A program made the translations under genes and the position numbers. The notes below the pieces were generated by a model. It saw only the letters and a list, made by a program, of their open reading frames with translations. It was not told where the DNA came from and searched no databases. A DNA stretch of 63,283 bases, filler included, from Collodictyon triciliatum (lineage: Eukaryota), in NCBI GenBank assembly GCA_043381765.1. It is 5 parts of 5 records of this genome, joined end to end, with 100 filler letters (N's around TTAATTAATTAA, not from the genome) between each part and the next. Parts side by side here need not be neighbours in the genome. Positions count along the whole stretch, not along the records: positions 23,742 to 49,552 come from JBHJMP010000135.1; positions 49,653 to 53,104 come from JBHJMP010000137.1; positions 53,205 to 59,368 come from JBHJMP010000140.1; positions 59,469 to 63,283 come from JBHJMP010000141.1; 1 more part is not named here. One strand, written 5' to 3'. Below, piece after piece: positions 46,641 through 63,283 of the stretch. Numbering within the stretch: position 1 is the stretch's first letter; every line of letters begins with the position of its first letter.

Positions 46641-47070
46641 ATGATAGAAAAATTCACCATTCCAAGGTGCTTGTCTGGTGTGTGAGAGCGTTTGTTGCTT
46701 CCTGGGATCAGCATCTTTGAGACTATAAGCTTTTCTGCGGCAAGAACAACTCCGTCTTTACAACGGGCTCCAATCACGGTTCTGAATGTAATTGTAACAA
46801 AATCGTTGATGATTGCGAGAAAATGAAAATGAACGAAGATACAAACAATGTGAAATGCAAAATTCTTTGACAAACCCGCTGTTGTCGACAGCCTTCATGG
46901 CATAGTCTACTTGAAAAACATGACCATCGGGAGAGAATGTTGTGCACGAAAAATCATACTATGGGGAAAGCTTTTAATTGTTGATCTCAACATGCGTACA
47001 AACATTGTAGACAGCAACAACAAAAACAATGACAAAAACAATGACAAAAACAATGACAAAAACAAAAACA

Positions 47071-47167
<97 letters not shown>

Positions 47168-47233
47168 GCATTTTCATATATAAAAATAGCAGCAGGGAAA
47201 ACATAGATTCACCCCAGTTCCGATGCTAGACAT
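45713..47233 (-). CDS. PSMA3: 20S proteasome subunit alpha type-3 (alpha7); 3' part lost in N gap
   Basis: [59 protein letters not shown]..|[26 protein letters not shown]..|[37 protein letters not shown]. Confidence 0.95.
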
Positions 47234-47559
47234 ATTGTCCTTTCTGTGTCAAGTACGTTTCTATTTTAGAGTGTGTTAAACTTCAGTTTGTTTATTTTCT
47301 AGCGACAAACCAGCTTCAGCTTCGAATGTAACAATTAAGCTTTGAAAAGCCAAAAAAAAAAAAAAAAGCACGTCCCAAAACAGAACCCAGTAGGCGTAGA
47401 GAACAAAACAACATGAAGCAAAAATAAGTCAAAACTCGAGGCTCGAAAAAGTGATTGGAAGGTCAAGTTCGGAAATAATAGTAATAATAATAATAATCGT
47501 CATGAGCAAAGGAAGCAATTCTCTGGGCGATCAAAGTGTGAGCGAAGTAGACTCAAAGT

Positions 47560-48500
47560 ACAGAGATCAAATGCTCGACCAACAAGGCTGGCAGCAACTC
47601 CTTTCTTTCTAGCTAGGACACAGTATTATCCACAGGCAGACTCTGCTTCTACAGAATCGTAGGGCTTTGTTCGCAATTGGACGATCGATTTTGCCTTGGC
47701 TCTGATCTTGGGTGGCGAGCTTTTGTGCTTCGCCAGAGAATGTTCGATCTATTCCTGGAAACCCTCCCGGGTTGGTAATGTTCTATATACCGTACCTTAT
47801 ATATCGTATGCTCCTGTCCGAACAGGGCAATTCCCTACGCCCTTCCCCTTACGATGAGGTATCACGCAAAAAGGATTCTACGCGTGATTGTGATGGGTCG
47901 TCATCTTTGGCAGCATCGCGTATCTCGGCCTCGTCAATCGGTCGCAGCGTGGGCTAGTGAAATACAGACCGCTAGTTGCAACGCAAAAGATCGTGGAGTC
48001 GCTGGCCTGGGCTCTCTGTTGGTATCGCAAAGACATGGATGCCTTCTAGAGGGCGTCTGCATGTTGTTTCCTGGGGTACTTATTAACTTCGAGATGACGC
48101 GTTTGGGAAATGCTTCGATGTCCATCCCGTGAGAAGTGACATCAATTCACGATACGAAATCGGTCACGGACTATCAGGGATATGGGTGCCTGTGTATCCT
48201 TGCGAGCGGTGATGTCGCATTACTCAATGCAATCTTGAGGTTCAACAAGGAATTCCCCAAGGTTATTCATGAGCCAGCATTCCATGTTTCGCACATAGGA
48301 GAGAAACTTCATGTGTTATGGATATAGCTAAAAGACTGGATTGTATAAGGATCAAATGAGCTTTCCATGCTTCGTCGTTTATTGCAGCGGTTGGGCGAAG
48401 ACGTGAAGAGTTGCTTATCAACAAAAGGTTCGTGGCAGACAATCCAGCCCGAAGAGGTTCTACACGACAGGCGAGACAGTTATTTGAGTGGCTGACACAG
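47560..48500 (+). ncRNA. Candidate long structured non-coding RNA, family not identified
   Basis: About 0.95 kb with balanced GC, no convincing ORF and none of the poly-T/microsatellite texture of local introns. Many local and nested stems whose wobble pairs are G-U on the + strand. Boundaries approximate. Confidence 0.4.
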
Positions 48501-48569
48501 GGGTGCAGTACTTGTGAGATATGCCGCATTAAAGAAAGCATGGTAGGGTATTGCAAGAGACTCACGTGT

Positions 48570-49070
48570 TTAGCGAAGGCGTCTGGCTTCACGCTCGGAC
48601 TCCAGGAGGGTGATAACATCTCCCTCGCGGACTGGGCCCTTGACGTTGCGGATCATGGAGCGCTCGGTCTTGTCCATGAGTTCAACACGGACTTGAGTGA
48701 TGCCACCGCGGGATCCGGTGCGGCCGAGGCATTTGCTGACGCGAGCGAGCTTGATTTGGTTGTCCTGTGAATTGGAACAGGCGCAGGGTTAAAAGTCTCT
48801 CGGGCTGAAAACCACGTGAATGAGTGAGCAGGTGGAAAGAGACACAGCAGATTGTTGAGATCTTGGTGTCGCGGAATTTGCAGATCAGACAATTAGCAAG
48901 AGCCCGGGCGTGGGATTTCTTGGTTGTGCGATATTTTTTCCTGTGGCTGGTGATTGAGTGTTTGTGAAAGCGGCAGTGGCGTCCGTGGGGGTGGCAATAT
49001 GAATTGATTTTGAGCATGTTGAGGTGCGTTGGAGGATGGAATCAGCAGATGTCCGGGATTTACTGACCAT
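48570..49070 (-). CDS. RPS28: 40S ribosomal protein S28 (eS28); ATG-only first coding exon, intron 48765-49067
   Basis: [65 protein letters not shown], in a frame not listed in the ORF track. Confidence 0.97.
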
Positions 49071-49552
49071 GTCGAGGTTCTTGGTGGTGCGGGCAGACTA
49101 AGGGACACGCGGTATCGATAGCAGTGGTCGAAGGCGAAAGAGATTTTTGAGTGCCTTGTTTTGGGTGGCGCGCAATTCTTGAGGGGACGTGGGTTATTTT
49201 CAATTTCCACATATGTCGAAAATAATGGTGTCATATAATAAATATGATTGATAAAATACGGTAATAATCATGCTTTATTGCGCTTTTGTTTTTTCCGCTT
49301 GCCCTTTTCCTTCGCGTGCTTGCTGCATCAAAGTTCCTCCCTTCAACTGCCTGGTCGCATACCCCCGGTTCACTCGCCCGCCCAAGTGCAGCATGGCCTC
49401 CAATCCAGTTGCAAATGAAGTATGTTCCTATTGGAATTATTTCTTTCTCTTTTTTCTCTTTTTTCTCTTTTTTCTCTTTTTTCTCTTTTTTCTCTTTTTT
49501 CTCTTTTTTCTCTTTTTTCTCTTTTTTCTCTTTTTTCTCTTTCTCTTTTTCT

Positions 49553-49652
49553 NNNNNNNNNNNNNNNNNNNNNNNNNNNNNNNNNNNNNNNNNNNNTTAA
49601 TTAATTAANNNNNNNNNNNNNNNNNNNNNNNNNNNNNNNNNNNNNNNNNNNN
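49553..49652. other. Artificial scaffold linker
   Basis: N-TTAATTAATTAA-N block. Confidence 0.97.
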
Positions 49653-49657
49653 AATAA

Positions 49658-49750
<93 letters not shown>

Positions 49751-49885
49751 CATAATAATCATAATAATCATAATAACCATAATAACCATAATAACCATAA
49801 TAACCATAATAACCATAATAATAATGATAAATAAATCAATCAATAAAAATGCAAATGAATGAATAATGAGTCATTTTGAGATAGA

Positions 49886-52972
<3,087 letters not shown>

Positions 52973-53104
52973 GGTTCAGTAAGAAACACGACAAATTGTT
53001 ATATCCCACCTTTTTTTTTTTCAGCATCTTGCTCTTTTTTTTTTTTTTTTTTTTTTTTTGTTTTTTTTTTTTTTTTATTTTTTTTTTTTTTTTTTTTTTT
53101 TTTT

Positions 53105-53204
53105 NNNNNNNNNNNNNNNNNNNNNNNNNNNNNNNNNNNNNNNNNNNNTTAATTAATTAANNNNNNNNNNNNNNNNNNNNNNNNNNNNNNNNNNNNNNNN
53201 NNNN
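53105..53204. other. Artificial scaffold linker
   Basis: N-TTAATTAATTAA-N block. Confidence 0.97.
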
Positions 53205-53379
53205 ACACAAAAAACACAAAAAACACAAAAAACACAAAAAACACAAAAAACACAAAAAACAAAAAAAAAACAAAAAAACACAAAAAAACACAAAAAACAC
53301 AAAAATCAAAAGACAAGAAGACCCGGAAAAGATTTGATCTCTTCCTCTTCTGACGCTTGTGTAGGTTAGAAAGGAAGAA

Positions 53380-56300
53380 ATGAGTGACTGGGAGGCTGAC
53401 AGCGACGACGAAGGAGAATTCAGACCGCACGGGTTTTCGCGTATGCGGCTTAAGTCTATTCTCATCTTTTCTTTTTCTTCTCTTTCTTTTCTTTTGTTTT
53501 CTTTTGTTTTCTTTCTTTTCTTTCTTTTGTTTTCTTTTGTTTTCTTTTGTTTTCTTTTGTTTTCTTTTGTTTTCTTTTCTTTTGTTTTCTTTTCTTTTTC
53601 TTCTCTTTCTTTTGTTTTCTTTTCTTTTGTTTTTTGTTTTTTTTGTTCCTATTCTTCTTTTCTTAATTGATGAAACGGAGACCCTATATAACTATTATTT
53701 CCTTTCACTTTTTAAAAGGTAAATACAGCAAGAACGAGCAAATATACGGTGTGTTTGGCGAGGAAGAAGAAGATGACGAACTAAACGAGAAAAGAAGGGG
53801 CGGACGCAAAAAACAAGAGTGAGCAAACATTAATATGCTTTCTCTCTTCATCAAACATTTCTATATATTCCTCTGATTTGTTGTCAAAATTTCCTGTGTT
53901 TTGCTTTTCCTGGGTATTATCAATCATATACAATTGCGCACACATCTACCTGTTTGAATATTTGATCTTTGGATGCTTAAACGTCTGCATGGTTTCTTGT
54001 TTGCTTTCTGCGTTGGGGACGTTTATTTGTTAGTTTATACCAAGCTTCTTCATACCTCCTTTTCATAGTCCACTCAGCGGTGTTGCTTTCGTCAAGTCGT
54101 CAAAACCCCTGAATCCTTCCAAAGAAACCCCCAAAGACAGCGAAGGCGAGGAGGATGAAAACGGAGTGGATATTCAAGACTTAACTGAAGATGACAGAAA
54201 TGACGAGGACGGCGACAGGGATGATGATTATGCAATCAGCGTAATGCAGAGAAAGACGCACAACAGCAAAGGCGATAGCGATGATGATAATGACAGTGAT
54301 GGACAAAGCGTCAAATACCTAAAGACTCTCTCTACATCAAAAAATAGACAAAATTTGTCTGGTTTGTACAAAATAGCTTGCAGATATTCCTTGGGGAGAT
54401 ATGTATATATAATCAACAAATAATTGAAAGAAAAACTAAAATGTATACAAATATCAATATGTATTATCGAATAAAATCATCGATCGGTTTAAGGAGAAAT
54501 GTGCTATCCATTGTCTCCTGAACCTCAGCTATATTATCTTCCTACAGCTCCTACTAACCGGGAATCAGAGTGGAAAAGAAAGCTATCAAGTGAACAAGCA
54601 AGTTACCTTCCTACGAAGCATATCGAAAAGCCCACAGAACCAAAGAAAACAACTGCACCGTCTACTGCCAAGGCTTTGAGTCGCGATGAACTGGAACGCA
54701 AATATGACTTTACAAAATACTCTTCTGGATTCGCTCTCAAAATGATGAACAAAATGGGCTTCAAAGTCGATATTCTTTAGTATTTGAACAATATTTTGGA
54801 ACTATGTATAATAATATTTTTTTTCGTTAATAAAAAAAGGAGCAATTAATTGATTGATTTATCATAAGACAGAAGCTCTTTCGTTTTTCTTTTTTCTTTT
54901 TTTCTTTTTACTTCCGACTGACGCATTTTTACATTCGTATATCAACATATACGCAGGGGAGAATGGGGCTAAAAGAGGATGGTATCGATCGAGCCATCGA
55001 AGTGGATATGTACAGCGGCAAAGGTGGAATCGGAACACTAAAGCATGCAAGAAAGGAGCAACCGATGACGAAGAGTCAAGAGGAACAAAAGATTCAGCAA
55101 ATTCAAAAGGAGAAAGAGACATTTGCCGCTCCTTCGTGGAAAAAGACGACAAAGGTATGGATGTCTACATGTTTGAGATAAAGACAGTTTCAGTGACGGA
55201 CATCATGTTGTTGAATATGTTAATTGATTTACTTGTATGAAAAAAATTTTTGTGTGTGTGTGTGTTGCGTAATTTATAATTGGCTTCGAATTTTATTGAA
55301 TGAACTGTAGAGAAAGGTTAAAATCGAATTCCAATCGAATGACGCCATCCTAGAATCATTAAGGAAACAGCCCAATAAAGTTATATTCACAGATATGACA
55401 GGCCCGAGGGTATACAGCCTACCGATCGTCTTTGATATTTTATTTTACACTGATGAATTTTTTTTTCATTTCTATGATTCTTGATGTTTTAATATTAACA
55501 CAAAGGATGCTCCATTATCAGACTCGCACGGTTACCCTTGGAGGGTTGACAACGATGGAAGAAATCGAGAAGGCTAATGAAGGAAATTGTGTTGAATTGC
55601 TCTACAATGTGCGTTTATTGAAGGATCGAACAGAACTGGACATACAAAAGGCGGATGGGGATATAAGGCAAGAACAATGTCATGCTTAAAAAAAAAGAAA
55701 CGGTTTTATTTATTTTCTTGCATTAACCATTTATACAACATAATTTACTCTATAGAAAGATTCGAGACCAAGTTTCACAAATCTCCAAATCTGATTTTGA
55801 TATCTCTCAAAAGTTAACCCAGCAACAAAAAAGTGATTATATATAGTTTAATTCACTTTAATATACCACCTTGACAATTCTAATAAATTTGCATAAATAT
55901 ACATACGTACCATATTTACTGTATAACCTTCGTTGTTCGACTCAAAAAAAAATACATTCCAGAACTTGAATGTTTTGATACTATCAGCAAAATCGTCGAG
56001 CCTATTCTCCAAGAAAGGCAGTCCAAAGAGAAACCCCTCACTCTCGACAAGTTAGTTTCAGAATTTTCTTACATCAAAGGACTGTTCCCAGAAGAATTTA
56101 TCATCCATAACCTTGATAAGATGGCCTGCGCATTGGGTGTTCCTCTGGTATTTAATCAAAAATAACATATGACTTGCCGATTCATATTTTATTAATGGTC
56201 CTTTAATCGTTTATATATCATTACAGGCAAATAAAAGTTTATTACTCCATTTACTTCGTAATGCATTTATAGCTTCTTCAAAAATTTCAAACATGGAGCC

Positions 56301-58800
56301 CACTCAAAGAGATCAACTTTGGTTATGATGATGTATACTCTTGGAGAAAATTGCTCGACGCAAATCTCTCTGAAATGACCTCACCGTACTGTCGCCTTGT
56401 AGCTGACGTTATCCTCCCCAGAATACGCTATGCCTTTGTGTAAAAAGAAAAAAAATCACTTTTCCTGCATTTTTTACTCACACTTGCGCAATAATGCCTC
56501 TATATAAATGTGTTATGTGTGTACTATCATCACTGCATATATACCTCTTAGTATTAGTGCATGTGCTAATATTGAAATTATGTTTGCCTCATGACAGGAA
56601 TGAGTGGAATGCAAGAGAGAGTGACTGTGCTGTTGATTTAATGACTACATGGAGGCACTTACTGCCCAACCCTATTATGAATAATATAATCAATATGCTT
56701 ATTATTCCGAAACTCCGCGCGGCTGTTGATATGTGGAATCCTCGTTCGGATCCAGTTCCTATTCACCTATGGCTACATCCGTGGCTCCCTTTGATGGGTT
56801 TTTTTTCCTTTCCTTTTCTTTTCTTTTGTAAAAAGACATACTTAATAATATCTCATAAATGCATTTATTTATTTATGAATAGAATATAACCACCTGGTCT
56901 TGAGTCAGCACGATAATTACAACCTGTATTCTTATTTTTGTAGCCTTTAATATCTATAAAATCATCTAATATATTTTCAAATTCTACCATTAATTAGCTT
57001 CGCAAATGGAGCCACTTTACCATTCAGTCAAGTACCACATCAGCACTGTTTTGCAAGTGTGGCAACCGAACGACCCATCTGCTATCGCTTTGTTAGAACC
57101 CTGGAGAATGGTTCTTTTCTTAAATAGAAGGATAACAACAACAAAATTTGTTATTTATTTTTATTTTTTCCTATCTATTTCCGATATTAAGAATTATCTC
57201 ATCCTAAAATCATATGACGAGAAAAAGTATTTTTTTTTATACGTTTCAGCATAGTTACTAGGCCTGATAAGGTATTAAATTTCCACTTGATATTAGGTTT
57301 TTGACAAAACCAGCCTGGATTCGATGATTCGCAATTTCGTCCTCCCGAAGCTAATACACGAGATGAAAGCCCTTGTCCTGCACCCAAGCGCACCTTATAT
57401 TGACCCGTTTCATGTTTGGTTCCAGTGCATTGCATAACATCTCTCCGCAAGGACAATTTCTGAAAGGATCTAAATCCTGATTATTTTTTTCATATGTATA
57501 GTGGCTAATGAACTGGAAGGAAATTCTACCAGTATCTGTCATCACCACAATCCTAGAAGGGGACTTCTTCCCTCGCTGGTTCGCCGTTTTGAAAGCTTTA
57601 TTGGCTGGAAATCCAAACTTTGAAGAAGTCGCAAATTGGTATGTGTGTTGCTTTTATCATTATATTTACATCACTTGTAAACACAATTATTTTGGTCATG
57701 TACGCCCGAGAAAACCGCAGCATATATTTTTAGACATTTTTTTTATCCGATTTCGTATTGGTCTTTGAGGAACATAATTTCTTACATCCCACAAATTTAC
57801 ATGTATCAAGGTATCGATACTGGAAGGCGTTATTTCCGCCGGACATTCGTGAGGCTGACCCGATACGCCGCCAGTTTACTCGAGCTCTTGATTATATCAA
57901 CCAGGCTATGAGTGGAGAGGTTCTGTCCGAGCCAACCATCGCACATCCGCAGCCTCCTCCAAAACCAACTCGTCAACCCCCACAACCACACACACAACCC
58001 CCGCTGCAGCCTTCACACAAATCAGTTCCAAAGGTAGTTTTACATGTTAGAAAATATCGACATTATTGGGCTGTGGAAGATTTCCATCATATATATCTTG
58101 GGTGCCTCAGACTGTGGATATATCAACAGCTTGATGAATACATTTTATATGTTTTTACATTTTTATATCTTTTTTATATCTTTTTTATATCTTTTTTATA
58201 TCTTTTTTATATCTTTTTTATATCTTTTTTATATCTTTTTTATATCTTTTTTATATCTTNNNNNNNNNNNNNNNNNNNNNNNNNNNNNNNNNNNNNNNNN
58301 NNNNNNNNNNNNNNNNNNNNNNNNNNNNNNNNNNNNNNNNNNNNNNNNNNNNNNNNNNNTTTTTATATCTTTTTTTATATCTTTTTTTATATCTTTTTTT
58401 ATATCTTTTTTTATATCTTTTTTTATATCTTTTTTTATATCTTTTTTTATATCTTTTTTTTTCGTAGTATCAACCACAATCAAAATATAGGGAAATGAGA
58501 AAACGAAGGAGGGAGACTATTAGATAAATTTGAAGGTTTAATCGCTAATTTCTCATTTAAAACTTACAGGTTTTCATCCCCGAGTTTGGAGTTTCGCTCA
58601 AAGATGAAGTCCAACGAATGTCCGAGTTGTTGAACATCACTTTTTTCCCAAAGAAAGGCTCTCATGATGGGAAGCAGATATACGAACTTGGTCCTCTCAG
58701 CGTATACCTTGACAAGGATATTGTTTACGCGAAGGAAAAGACCTCATGGTTTCCTACGGATTTGGATAGCCTCTTTTTCAAACTTCAAAACGGTGAATAA
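53380..58800 (+). CDS. TFIP11: Tuftelin-interacting protein 11 / Ntr1-Spp382 spliceosome disassembly factor (G-patch and GCFC domains)
   Basis: SKNEQIYGVFGE; VAFVKS; G-patch FTKYSSGFALKMMNKMGFK|GRMGLKEDGIDRAIEV; IFTDMTGP; ELLYNVRLL; LIIPKLRAAVDMWNPRSDPVPIHLWLHPWLP; FFPRW..NPNFEEVANW|YRYWK; FFPKKGSHDGKQIY. Confidence 0.93.
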
Positions 58801-59028
58801 AACGTCAGGAATTATCATGCAACACTTGCAACACGTGAAGCAGATCATTAAGAAGCATTGAAATCTTATTCATTTAAATGATTGTGCTTCATATAGCATT
58901 AATCTCCCTCTGTTTGCGTTCATTTACTGTCGGCGTTTTGCAAAGTAGCCGCCCCCGCAACATTGCGAAAAAAAATCGAGGTAAAATATGTTTTCTTTAT
59001 TTATTGAATTTCTTCCCAATCATGAATA

Positions 59029-59100
59029 TCCGATATGGTGTAGTCGGTAGCACATGTGGCTTTCACCCACACAACCCGGGTTCGATTCCCGGTATCGGAA
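59029..59100 (+). tRNA. tRNA-Glu (anticodon TTC)
   Basis: Acceptor stem TCCGATA/TATCGGA; A-box TGGTGTAGTCGG; anticodon arm TGTGG-CTTTCAC-CCACA; T-arm CCGGG-TTCGATT-CCCGG; followed by a TTTT Pol III terminator. Confidence 0.96.
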
Positions 59101-59368
59101 CTTTTGCTTCTTATTTTGTCATGGCGACTTATTTAGTGAGCACCAATGTCTTCACACCAGAAAGGTAAACTAATCATTCGATTGTTAAATATGGTCCGCT
59201 AGCGTCCAAGGTCTCACCACTTTTTTCACATTGTGAGGCATGGAATATATCTAACTTTCAAAAAAAATTCACACACACAAACAAACAAACAAACAAACAA
59301 ACAAACAAACAAACAAACAAACAAACAAACAAACAAACAAACAAACAAACAAACAAACAAACAAACAA

Positions 59369-59468
59369 NNNNNNNNNNNNNNNNNNNNNNNNNNNNNNNN
59401 NNNNNNNNNNNNTTAATTAATTAANNNNNNNNNNNNNNNNNNNNNNNNNNNNNNNNNNNNNNNNNNNN
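59369..59468. other. Artificial scaffold linker
   Basis: N-TTAATTAATTAA-N block. Confidence 0.97.
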
Positions 59469-59590
59469 TTTTTTTTTTTTTTTTTTTTTTTTTTGTTTTT
59501 TGTTTTTTGTTTTTTGTTTTTTGTTTTTTGTTTTTTGTTTTTTGTCTTTTGTTTTTTGTTTTTATGAAGTGCTAAGGAAGCCAGAAGCCG

Positions 59591-63122
<3,532 letters not shown>

Positions 63123-63283
63123 ATAGTTCTGTTGTTCTCTTCATAAATATGGAATACATTTTGCCACTTTGTTTTTGTTTTCTTTTTTTCTTTTCTTTTC
63201 TTTTTTTCTTTTCTTTTTTTCTTTTCTTTTTTTCTTTTCTTTTTTTCTTTTCTTTTTTTCTTTTCTTTTTTTCTTTTCTTTTT

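Noticed and set aside
48765-49067. Intronic snoRNA in the RPS28 intron
   Set aside because: No convincing C/D box pair or H/ACA two-hairpin arrangement was visible.
49393-49420. MASNPVANE as first exon of RECQL4
   Set aside because: Separated from RECQL4 by the scaffold linker at 49553-49652. At most it is the start of another, truncated gene.

Overview
Eukaryotic, intron-rich, microsatellite-rich genomic DNA, probably from a unicellular eukaryote; the species cannot be identified from sequence alone. The window is five unrelated scaffolds joined by artificial N-TTAATTAATTAA-N linkers (1-23641, 23742-49552, 49653-53104, 53205-59368, 59469-63283), with further internal N gaps. Genes were stitched from exons by eye. 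Scaffold 1: a secreted bacterial-type trypsin-like protease fused to EGF repeats, an internally duplicated PKA-regulatory-subunit-like protein (2 x [pseudosubstrate + 3 cNMP-binding domains]), organellar ribosomal protein uL1, a TCP11 protein and a decayed Fanzor (eukaryotic TnpB-like RNA-guided nuclease) followed directly by a structured omegaRNA-like segment. Scaffold 2: an SLC52-like riboflavin transporter, a soluble adenylyl cyclase (ADCY10-like) with STAND/TPR tail, DDX59, proteasome alpha7 and RPS28. Scaffolds 3-5: RECQL4, TFIP11, tRNA-Glu(TTC) and an alpha/beta hydrolase. Three genes are uncharacterised. The best leads are the Fanzor/omegaRNA locus, the tandem six-CNB PKA-R-like protein and a ~0.95 kb hairpin-dense non-coding segment between PSMA3 and RPS28. 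Gene boundaries are manual and approximate.
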